This document shows, one piece after another, positions 12,242 to 24,036 of a stretch of 64,000 bases of DNA. Within the stretch, counting starts at the first letter, position 1; every line of letters begins with the position of its first letter. Below the pieces are notes generated by a model that did no database searches, was not told the origin of the DNA, and was given only the letters and a program-made list of their open reading frames with translations. A program made the position numbers and the translations under genes. Source of the DNA: Amphiscolops sp. MND2022 (taxonomy: Eukaryota); assembly GCA_964187785.1 (NCBI GenBank), contig OZ076409.1, positions 26,910,001 through 26,974,000 on the forward strand, written 5' to 3'.

Positions 12242-14300
12242 TGTTCAGCAATCATTTATATCACGTTCTGTTCGGTCTTCTGCACGTTATCATCAGGTGT
12301 AATTCCTTATTTGTCCCCTGCTATTGGTCCAGAGTTCTGATTGCCTGGACTCTGCCTTCAGCGAAATTTTAAATATCATCAGATCTTTCATGATTGAGTC
12401 ATGACACTCCCCACTTTTGAAGAAAAGGAGAGTCACCGGTGGAAATTCGTTTCAGGGAATAGAATTAGCCAGAACTCAAAGCGCAAATTAACAGCGAGTT
12501 CCACAGCAGCAAGTTTATAAGAGACGAGGTCACAAAACTCCATTGCCAGGACCAAGTTGCCGAGAAAAGAGGAACAAAAGAGGAAAAAAGACACGAAGAA
12601 TCGAGGCATTCTGTTGCCAAACCCTGTTGGCATATGCTCTATCGCGAGGATTCAATGCAAGACTCGAGATCATGACGTGTAAAGCTGGCAGTTTCACGGC
12701 CATCCTCAGAAACTGCTAAAACGTCAGCTTCAAGAGACCAAATCATAGCATCAGAATCCTCAAGTTGAGGCATTGGAATTGGGATAGCCTCATATGTAGT
12801 GAGAAGTGTTTGTCGAGAGGCTAGTGGAAAAGACATTGTAAACAGGAGACCTTCAGGAAGTGCTACAAAATCCTGAAGTAGACGGGCTTCATAGTAAGAA
12901 AGAGTCTCATGAAAAGGAATGACAAGGGTCCATCAGTCCGTTGCCTTGTTTTGAATCTCCTGAACAACATTAAGCACTTGTTCCAACGATGAGCGATCCA
13001 GCAAAGAGATTGGAACAAACTTGTTAAGTAATGATGGTAGACTACTGAGGAGATTTGAACGATATGCAAAAATAGCTGACCTATATGATTTGACGTTGGA
13101 ATAGAAGAGTGAGAGCAGCGAGGCAATCGTGTCGAAACTGATATTCATCAGCTGTCTTGTAAAGAGCAACTGATCACAATTGCGCATCTCATGTATGTCT
13201 TTACGGAAGGTCTCAATTTGTTGAGAGATTATGCTCCAGTTAGGATTCTGTAATTCGACCATCTGAGCTTGAAGATCATGAATTGCCTGCAACACTTTTC
13301 CCACAATGAAGAATTTGCCTTAGCAGAAGACTGCAGATGCTATAAGTTAGCAGCTAAACTTCCGGTCATTTGAACGATGCAGTTTATTGCATTGGGGTTT
13401 TCTTTCAAATGGCAGGTGCCAAAAATTCCGAGTAATCCACAGACGTCTTTCTTTTCACATAGCAATTCCAGTTCCAAAGAGTCCGATTGCTCCAAGAGCA
13501 ACAACTGCTAGAGCGCGATCATGCTTAGAGGATGATGGGCGACGGTGGAGGCAAGAACGAGGCAATTTCCTTTTGCAATGAATCCAAGGCTTGTCCGACA
13601 ATGTGTATTTCATTCTGAACCTCCTGATTAGCCAGTTGGTGTGGAATCCTTCCATTGAAACATTAGTGAATTTTAGATACCAATTAAATATCGGCAAGTC
13701 CCATATTAAAGCCATTACATACAAGAGAGTCTCAAGATCCGATTTTCGAAACATTGAGAATTTCGGAAATGGTGGCAAGAATTCGACGTTGATCAGTTTT
13801 TCGACAAAGAGGATTTTCTTATTCTCATGGAATATTATACCTTTTTTGAGAGGGCCATCCGAGTCGTCAAAAGCGGAGATTGCAAATTGAGTGTTACCCA
13901 AAGTAGAAAAACAAGTAAAACCAAAGGATGTTCAACATTTCGGTGGTGAGGGGACAAAAGCAAATTGTTGAATTTATTATTGTTTTGTGCCTTTGAATGA
14001 AATGAATGAATTGAAATTTGATATTTATCCTGATTATTTAAGAGCAAAGTGCCGTGTTTGTTAGCATAAGTGAAGAGGAGTTTCATTGATCGTTGACGAG
14101 CAATAGCGAACGTGTCCATTTTAGAAAAAAATGTGGTCTTTGAACCATGGAATTCAAACCGGATCTGGCGTGTGTAACATGTAAACTGGAGGAAAAAGAG
14201 TTTGAAGAGCATGTTTGTGTGTTAGCAGGAGCTACCAACTCTTGTGTATTTTTCGAGCTAAAGAATAGTTTGTTCTGCTGTTTATACATCATTTTTCTGC
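12242..14300 (-). mobile_element. 3' end of an LTR retroelement with a decayed env-like (class I fusion-like) ORF, PPT and start of the 3' LTR
   Basis: Minus-strand fragments: hydrophobic signal-like LVLLVFLLW, GIIFHENKKILFVEKLINVEF, basic site followed by ALAVVALGAIGLFGTGIAM, heptad-rich VLQAIHDLQAQMVELQ, and TLLTTYEAIPIPMP. PPT AAAAGTGGGGAG directly precedes TGTCAT at 12406. The distal LTR boundary is uncertain. Confidence 0.7.
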
Positions 14301-17300
14301 TTGGAGTTCTTCTGTCTAACTAATCAAAGTGAGTCAAAGTTAATTTGTTCGTGAAATTTTCAGAAAGTCAAAAATGAATTGTTCATGGTAAAATTTGCCA
14401 AGTTTGTTTTGTGGTGTTGCCCTGAGTGCATGTATGTATCGAGAGACGGTCAGCTTCTCTCGTTCAGTCAGAAGTGGAGGCCAGAGTATGAGGAGTCAGT
14501 GGCCAATTTAGCTCCGAACAACTCCAGCGCCAAAAAATGGTGGCTGAGTGATGTGGCGGTGGTTCTGGCGACCATTGCCTATTTGTATGTATTGTGGTGA
14601 TATTCTTCACCTCTGCTTGATAATTGAGATTCCTATCCAAATAAACTCCAAGATATTTTACAGATTCTTTTTGTTTAATCAAATAATCCCCAACTTTTAA
14701 CGTAGCTTTTTATATTGAACTGTTTTTGAATGATTTACAGAAAACAATGAACTCTGTCTTGTCAGCATTTACATTGAGACGGTGGATTGCGAAAAAATCA
14801 GAAAGTTCTTTTATGCCTTTCTGCAGATAATCAGCGCCAGTTGTAATGTCTTTAGCTGCTACAAAGAGAAAAGTATCATCTGCATACTGAACCAAGTACA
14901 AAAAAGATGAAAAAACGCAAAACCAGAAGTTCTGATTTCATCAAAAGAAAAACAAGCTATCAAAGAAGAACCGATACAAAGAATGAATTGAATCGGAACA
15001 AGACCGAAAAGGAAAAATTTCAATAGCCATGCGGAAATTGCAGTTTCAAACTGGTCACCACTGCACAAGTGCTCCGCATCAGAAGTAAACTGTAACAAAT
15101 GCGTTAAGAAAGGACACTACGCAAAGGCATGACTGAAATTCAACATCAACGGAACAATGAAAAGATTAACCAAAAAAACAATTGAATCGAATGAGTCATC
15201 CAATGAATCGAACGAAAGCATACACCACATAAAAGAAATCAAGAAGATCGAAAAAACAAGTAAACATTACACAGCAACAATCAAAATGAACGCAGTGAAA
15301 AAAGAATTCATAATTGATACCGGATTTCCATTAACAATAATGCCCATGGACAAAAGAAAAGTAAAACCAACCGAGATACAAAAAGTAACAACCCGATACC
15401 ATGATGTAAACAAAAACGAAATGAAACTTCGGGGGAAAATTCCGGTGGACGTAGAGTGCGAAAACAACAAACAAAATATGAAAATACAGATAACCGAAAA
15501 AACGGATAACATACCTCTGCTGGAAATGGACTGGATAGAAACATTCAAATTGACAATCGGTAAAAAACAATAAGCCAAAAACAACCAATAAGAACGCGAA
15601 AAAGTATTGAAACGATTTCCGGATCTGTTTGAGAATCACGAAACAATAAAAAAACATCGAAATAAACATCCAACTGAATCAAAGAAAAAGCAAAACCGGT
15701 ACAACTACAACTTCTAAAGAGTTCAACTGCTGTCTTGTAAAGAGCAACTGATCACAATTGCGCATCTCATGTATGTCTTTACGGAAGGTCTCAATTTGTT
15801 GAGAGATTATGCTCCAGTTAGGATTCTGTAATTCGACCATCTGAGCTTGAAGATCATGAATTGCCTGCAACACTTTTCCCACAATGAAGAATTTGCCTTA
15901 GCAGAAGACTGCAGATGCTATAAGTTAGCAGCTAAACTTCCGGTCATTTGAACGATGCAGTTTATTGCATTGGGGTTTTCTTTCAAATGGCAGGTGCCAA
16001 AAATTCCGAGTAATCCACAGACGTCTTTCTTTTCACATAGCAATTCCAGTTCCAAAGAGTCCGATTGCTCCAAGAGCAACAACTGCTAGAGCGCGATCAT
16101 GCTTAGAGGATGATGGGCGACGGTGGAGGCAAGAACGAGGCAATTTCCTTTTGCAATGAATCCAAGGCTTGTCCGACAATGTGTATTTCATTCTGAACCT
16201 CCTGATTAGCCAGTTGGTGTGGAATCCTTCCATTGAAACATTAGTGAATTTTAGATACCAATTAAATATCGGCAAGTCCCATATTGAAGCCATTACATAC
16301 AAGAGAGTCTCAAGATCCGATTTTCGAAACATTGAGAATTTCGGAAATGGTGGCAAGAATTCGACGTTGATCAGTTTTTCGACAAAGAGGATTTTCTTAT
16401 TCTCATGGAATATTATACCTTTTTTGAGAGGGCCATCCGAGTCGTCAAAAGCGGAGATTGCAAATTGAGTGTTACCCAAAGTAGAGAAACAAGTAAAACC
16501 AAAGGATGTTCAACATTTCGGTGGTGAGGGGACAAAAGCAAATTGTTGAATTTATTATTGTTTTGTGCCTTTGAATGAAATGAATGAATTGAAATTTGAT
16601 ATTTATCCTGATTATTTAAGAGCAAAGTGCCGTGTTTGTTAGCATAAGTGAAGAGGAGTTTCATTGATCGTTGACGAGCAATAGCGAACGTGTCCATTTT
16701 AGAAAAAAATGTGGTCTTTGAACCATGGAATTCAAACCGGATCTGGCGTGTGTAACATGTAAACTGGAGGAAAAAGAGTTTGAAGAGCATGTTTGTGTGT
16801 TAGCAGGAGCTACCAACTCTTGTGTATTTTTCGAGCTAAAGAATAGTTTGTTCTGCTGTTTATACATCATTTTTCTGCTTGGAGTTCTTCTGTCTAACTA
16901 ATCAAAGTGAGTCAAAGTTAATTTGTTCGTGAAATTTTCAGAAAGTCAAAAATGAATTGTTCATGGTAAAATTTGCCAAGTTTGTTTTGTGGTGTTGCCC
17001 TGAGTGCATGTATGTATCGAGAGACGGTCAGCTTCTCTCGTTCAGTCAGAAGTGGAGGCCAGAGTATGAGGAGTCAGTGGCCAATTTAGCTCCGAACAAC
17101 TCCAGCGCCAAAAAATGGTGGCTGAGTGATGTGGCGGTGGTTCTGGCGACCATTGCCTATTTGTATGTATTGTGGTGATATTCTTCACCTCTGCTTGATA
17201 ATTGAGATTCCTATCCAAATAAACTCCAAGATATTTTACAGATTCTTTTTGTTTAATCAAATAATCCCCAACTTTTAACGTAGCTTTTTATATTGAACTG

Positions 17301-18294
17301 TTTTTGAATGATTTACAGAAAACAATGAACTCTGTCTTGTCAGCATTTACATTGAGACGGTGGATTGCGAAAAAATCAGAAAGTTCTTTTATGCCTTTCT
17401 GCAGATAATCAGCGCCAGTTGTAATGTCTTTAGCTGCTACAAAGAGAAAAGTATCATCTGCATACTGAACCAAGTACAAAAAAGATGAAAAAACGCAAAA
17501 CCAGAAGTTCTGATTTCATCAAAAGAAAAACAAGCTATCAAAGAAGAACCGATACAAAGAATGAATTGAATCGGAACAAGACCGAAAAGGAAAAATTTCA
17601 ATAGCCATGCGGAAATTGCAGTTTCAAACTGGTCACCACCGCACAAGTGCTCCGCATCAGAAGTCAACTGTAACAAATGCGTTAAGAAAGGACACTACGC
17701 AAAGGCATGACTGAAATTCAACATCAACGGAACAATGAAAAGATTAACCAAAAAAACAATTGAATCGAATGAGTCATCCAATGAATCGAACGAAAGCATA
17801 CACCACATAAAAGAAATCAAGAAGATCGAAAAAACAAGTAAATATTACACAGCAACAATCAAAATGAACGCAGTGAAAAAAGAATTCATAATTGATACCG
17901 GATTTCCATTAACAATAATGCCCATGGACAAAAGAAAAGTAAAACCAACCGAGATACAAAAAGTAACAACCCGATACCATGATGTAAACAAAAACGAAAT
18001 GAAACTTCGGGGGAAAATTCCGGTGGACGTAGAGTGCGAAAACAACAAACAAAATATGAAAATACAGATAACCGAAAAAACGGATAACATACCTCTGCTG
18101 GAAATGGACTGGATAGAAACATTCAAATTGACAATCGGTAAAAAACAATAAGCCAAAAACAACCAATAAGAACGCGAAAAAGTATTGAAACGATTTCCGG
18201 ATCTGTTTGAGAATCACGAAACAATAAAAAAACATCGAAATAAACATCCAACTGAATCAAAGAAAAAGCAAAACCGGTACAACTACAACTTCTA
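13151..18294. repeat. Tandem duplication with period 2578 (13151-15716 and 15729-18294) and a 12-nt junction filler
   Basis: The env, LINE-RT and gag/protease ORF pieces recur at +2578 with a few substitutions. Filler AAGAGTTCAACT at 15717-15728. Confidence 0.93.
14600..14897 (-). mobile_element. LINE RT fragment (CR1/L2-like); second copy at 17178-17475
   Basis: LVQYADDTFLF...LNVNADKTEFIVF...VKYLGVYLDRNLNY. Confidence 0.85.
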
Positions 18295-19152
18295 GAAGAT
18301 GTCGGACGGGAATTAGAAAAACTAATTCGAACCGGACAACTACAGAAAATAAACGACGTAGATCAAGACTGTTTTGAAACCCGGTCGTGATAACACAAAA
18401 TGCGACCACACATGCCAAAGATGGAAGAATTATTGAACCAAGTTTCGGTAGAAACAACCCGTGACCGTACCTTACAATCATTAATATCAAAAATAGACCT
18501 GGATTACGCATACGGACAAACGAAATTATCAGACGAAACGAGCCAACAATGCGTATCTGCAATGATCGGAGGAAATTTCAGCGGATACTACAGATTCAAA
18601 AAGGGATTTCATGGACTCGCAGATATGCCAACGACATTTCGGGAAAAGATTGACCGGACATTAGAGTTTTGTACACCTGCATGGTACGACGATATAATAG
18701 TAGTAACCCAGTGAGACAAAAAAGAACTTAAGAAAAAATGTTCGATGTCCTAAACAAGCGGGAAAAAGTCGGATACCGAGCGAGTAAAAAAATCCGAATT
18801 CTTGTTGATGAAAAAAAGGCTTGGACACGAAATAGACGGAAACGGTATAATAGCCGATTGAAAAGAAAGTAGAAGCCATAATAAAACTATAACCACCAGA
18901 AAACAAAAAAGAACTGAAGTCATTGCTCGGTGCAATACAATACTTGGAAAAATTCTTGCCCAAAATATCGGAAGACAGACCATTTGGAAACATTACTCAA
19001 AAAGAATGAACCCTGGAAATGGGGACCGGAAAAAGAAACAGATTTGAACCGGATAAAAACAAATGCTAACCGAAGCCCCATGTCTAGCTCATTACGCAAA
19101 TGACAAAGATAATATGGTAACGACTGATGCCAGCAAAATCGGAATAGGAATT

Positions 19153-22100
19153 ACTTTTTGGCTAAAACAAGGCGACCGAAACATTAAGCCGATAGCATAC
19201 GAAAGTATATATTGAAAGGAGACCGAAAAAAAACTCACTCGGTGAATTGGAAGTAAAAACAGATGTGTGGGGGTTAGAAAATTCCGATTATATTTACACC
19301 GAAAAAAAGTTTACTTGTATACCGACTACCAAGTAGTAGTAGAATCCCTGATGAAATTAAACCGGTGCAATAAACAATACAGTGCAATGTTAACGCGGTG
19401 GATAGACCGCCTAGCACATTGCGACATCGCAATACAACACATTGCGGGAAACGATTTGAAATTTACTGATTACCTTAGCCGAAATCCTTTAGGGGGAGCA
19501 GTGCCGGAAGACAAAAACGACAAAGAATGTGTAATCAACGTATTATACGAACAAGCGAAACTAAACTTGAAATACGGACAACAATTCGGCGACCAATCAA
19601 AAGACATTCAACGAACAGCGGAAAGAAAGATTGGTACATCCGAGAGACAAAGTAAGAACCGAAACGACCAATCACAACTGAACAGAAAAATCGAGAACAA
19701 AAACAACGTGAACAAAATAGAACAAAGCGTAAAAGTTGGACCGGAAGCCCTAATACCAAATAACGCGAGCTGAAGATAAAATGGAACTGGACACAATAAA
19801 AATTAAATATCTATTCCGATTGTTCATCGAATACTATATGTCGAAAAGAAGCACTTAAAACAACCGGGGGTTTTCTTCTGGGCGAAACAGAATTCTGGAG
19901 ACAGTTAATTGAAATCAAAAAAGATTGTATATTCAACACAATCTCGGCGGAAGAACTACTGATATCGAAGTAAATGACTGCGATAACCGATAAAAAGTTA
20001 CGGTACAAAATAGTGAAAGAAAAGACACTAGAATTGAAGAAAATAATCGAACTAATAAAACAGAATACGTACGAGAAGAAGATAAAAAACACCAAACCAG
20101 AAGTTCTGGTATCATCAAAAGAAACACAAGCTATCAAGGAAAAACCGATACAAAGAATGGAACGATTAGGAACAAGACTGAAAAACAAAGTTTTTAATAG
20201 CCGCCATGCGGATAATGCGGTGTTTCAAACTGGTCACCACTGCACAAATGCCCAGCATCAGAAGTAAACTGTAACAAATGCGGTAAGAAAGGACACTACG
20301 CAGAGGCATGCAGACTGAAATTCAACGACAACGGAACAATAAAGAGATTACCCAAAGAAAAAACAATTGAATCGAATGAGTCATCCAATGAATCGAACAA
20401 AAGCATACACCACATAAACAAATCAAGAAGATCGTAAAAACAAGTAAACATTACACAGCAACAATCAAAATAAACGGATTGAGAAATTAATTCATAATTG
20501 ATAACGGATCTCCAATAACAATAATGCCGGTGGACAAACGAATAGTAAAACCAACCGAGATACAAAAATTAACAAACCGATACCAAGATGTGAATAAAAA
20601 CAAAGTGAAATTCAAGGGGGAAATTCCGGTGGACGAAGAGTGCGAAAACAACAAACAAAAAAATGGAAATACAGATAAACGAAAAAACGGATATCACACC
20701 TCTGCTGGGAATGGACTGGATGAAAACATTCAACTTGACAACCGGTAAATCACAAATTGCCAAAAACAACCAATAAGAACGCGAAAAAGTATTCAACCGA
20801 TTTCCGGATCTGTTTGAAAATAACGAAACAATAAAACGCATCGGAATAAACATCCAACTGAAGCTGGGACATTATCCTATCAAAAACGCAAGACCGGTAC
20901 CACTACATCTACAAGAAAATGTCGGACAGCAATAAGAAAAACTAACTCGAAGCGGCACCTAAAGAAATTAAACGATGTAGATGAAGACCGTTTTGTATCC
21001 CCGGTAGTGATAAACTGCATTGCGATAAATCGGTAAAAATCGCAATAGACTCACAAAATTTTAAAGACAGCTGTATCGAAATGCAACCACACATGCCGAA
21101 TATGGAGGAATTATTGAACCAAGTTTCGGTAGAAACAACCCGTGACCGTACCTTACAGTCATTTATATCAAAAATAGACCTGGATTACTCATACGGACAA
21201 ACGAAATTATCAGATAAAACGAGCCAACAATGCGTATCTGCAATGATCGGAGGAAAATTCAGCGGATACTACAGATTAAAAAAGGGATTCAATGGACTCG
21301 CAGATAAAGCGACGACATTTTAGGAAGATATTGACCGGACATTAGAGTATTGTACACCTGCATGGTACGACAATATAATTGTAGTAACCCGAGAAGACAA
21401 AAAAGAACACAAGAAAAAACTCTTCGATGTCCTGAGCAAGCGTGGAAAAAGTTGGATACCGAGCGAATAAAAAGAAATCCGAATTCTTCCTAATTAAAAA
21501 AAAGCTTGGACACGAAATAGACGGAGACGGTATAGAACCGAGTGAAGAGAAAATGGAAGCGATAATAAAACTAAAACCACCGGAAACCACGAAAACTTTT
21601 TGGCTAAAACAAGGCGACCGAAACATTAAGCCGATAGCATACGAAAGTATATATTCAAAGGAGACCGAAAAAAAACTCACTCGGTGAATTGGAAGTAAAA
21701 ACAGATGTGTGGGGGTTAGAAAATTCCGATTATATTTACACCGAAAAAAAGTTTACTTGTATACCGACTACCAAGTAGTAGTAGAACCCCTGATGAAATT
21801 AAACCGGTGCAATAAACAATACAGTGCAAAGTTAACGCGGTGGATAGACCGCCTAGCACATTGCGACATCGCAATACAACACATTGCGGGAAACGATTTG
21901 AAATTTACTGATTACCTTAGCCGAAGTCCTTTAGGGGGAGCAGTGCCGGAAGACAAAAACGACAAAGAATGTGTAATCAACGTATTATACGAACAAGCGA
22001 AACTAAACTTGAAATACGGACAACAATTCGGCGACCAATCAAAAGACATTCAACGAACAGCGGAAAGAAAGATTGGTACATCCGAGAGACAAAGTAAGAA

Positions 22101-24036
22101 CCGAAACGACCAATCACAACTGAACAGAAAAATCGAGAACAAAAACAACGTGAACAAAATAGAACAAAGCGTAAAAGTTGGACCGGAAGCCCTAATACCA
22201 AATAACGCGAGCTGAAGATAAAATGGAACTGGACACCATAAAAATTAAATATCTATTCCGATTGTTCATCGAATACTATATGTCGAAAAGAAGCACTTAA
22301 AACAACCGGGGGTTTTCTTCTGGGCGAAACAGAATTCTGGAGACAGTTAATTGAAATCAAAAAAGATTGTATATTCAACACAATCTCGGCGGAAGAACTA
22401 CTGATATCGAAGTAAATGACTGCGATAACCGATAAAAAGTTACGGTACAAAATAGTGAAAGAAAAGACACTAGAATTGAAGAAAATAATCGAACTAATAA
22501 AACAGAATACGTACGAGAAGAAGATAAAAAACACCAAACCAGAAGTTCTGGTATCATCAAAAGAAACACAAGCTATCAAGGAAAAACCGATACAAAGAAT
22601 GGAACGATTAGGAACAAGACTGAAAAATAAAGTTTTTAATAGCCGGTCATGCGGATAATGCGGTGTTTCAAACTGGTCACCACTGCACAAATGCCCAGCA
22701 TCAGAAGTAAACTGTAACAAATGCGGTAAGAAAGGACACTACGCAGAGGCATGCAGACTGAAATTCAACGACAACGGAACAATAAAGAGATTACCCAAAG
22801 AAAAAACAATTGAATCGAATGAGTCATCCAATGAATCGAACAAAAGCATACACCACATAAACAAATCAAGAAGATCGTAAAAACAAGTAAACATTACACA
22901 GCAACAATCAAAATAAACGGATTGAGAAATTAATTCATAATTGATAACGGATCTCCAATAACAATAATGCCGGTGGACAAACGAATAGTAAAACCAACCG
23001 AGATACAAAAATTAACAAACCGATACCAAGATGTGAATAAAAACAAAGTGAAATTCAAGGGGGAAATTCCGGTGGACGAAGAGTGCGAAAACAACAAACA
23101 AAAAAATGGAAATACAGATAAACGAAAAAACGGATATCACACCTCTGCTGGGAATGGACTGGATGAAAACATTCAACTTGACAACCGGTAAATCACAAAT
23201 TGCCAAAAACAACCAATAAGAACGCGAAAAAGTATTCAACCGATTTCCGGATCTGTTTGAAAATAACGAAACAATAAAACGCATCGGAATAAACATCCAA
23301 CTGAAGCTGGGACATTATCCTATCAAAAACGCAAGACCGGTACCACTACATCTACAAGAAAATGTCGGACAGCAATAAGAAAAACTAACTCGAAGCGGCA
23401 CCTAAAGAAATTAAACGATGTAAATGAAGACCGTTTTGTATCCCCGGTAGTGATAAACTGCATTGCGATAAATCGGTAAAAATCGCAATAGACTCACAAA
23501 ATTTGAAAGACAGCTGTATCGAAATGCAACCACACATGCCGAATATGGAGGAATTATTGAACCAAGTTTCGGTAGAAACAACCCGTGACCGTACCTTACA
23601 GTCATTTATATCAAAAATAGACCTGGATTACTCATACGGACAAACGAAATTATCAGATAAAACGAGCCAACAATGCGTATCTGCAATGATCGGAGGAAAA
23701 TTCAGCGGATACTACAGATTAAAAAAGGGATTCAATGGACTCGCAGATAAAGCGACGACATTTTAGGAAAATATTGACCGGACATTAGAGTATTGTACAC
23801 CTGCATGGTACGACAATATAATTGTAGTAACCCGAGAAGACAAAAAAGAACACAAGAAAAAACTCTTCGATGTCCTGAGCAAGCGTGGAAAAAGTTGGAT
23901 ACCGAGCGAGTAAAAAGAAATCCGAATTCTTCCTAATTAAAAAAAGCTTGGACACGAAATAGACGGAGACGGTATAGAACCGAGTGAAGAGAAAGTGGAA
24001 GCGATAATAAAACTAAAACCACCGGAAAACACGAAA
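19153..24036. repeat. Tandem duplication with period about 2442 inside the Gypsy array
   Basis: ORFs 19267/21709, 19974/22416 and 20524/22967 are near-identical. The junction at about 21595 fuses RT (…PPETTK) to RNase H (TFWLKQ…). Confidence 0.92.

Noticed and set aside
12265..12300. CTGATGA...GAA on the minus strand in the env-element LTR, a possible hammerhead
   Set aside because: No stem II or stem I/III pairing and no GAAA core.
15267..23296. Many Phe/Leu-rich minus-strand ORFs that look like membrane proteins
   Set aside because: They are antisense shadows of the A-rich Gypsy coding strand.
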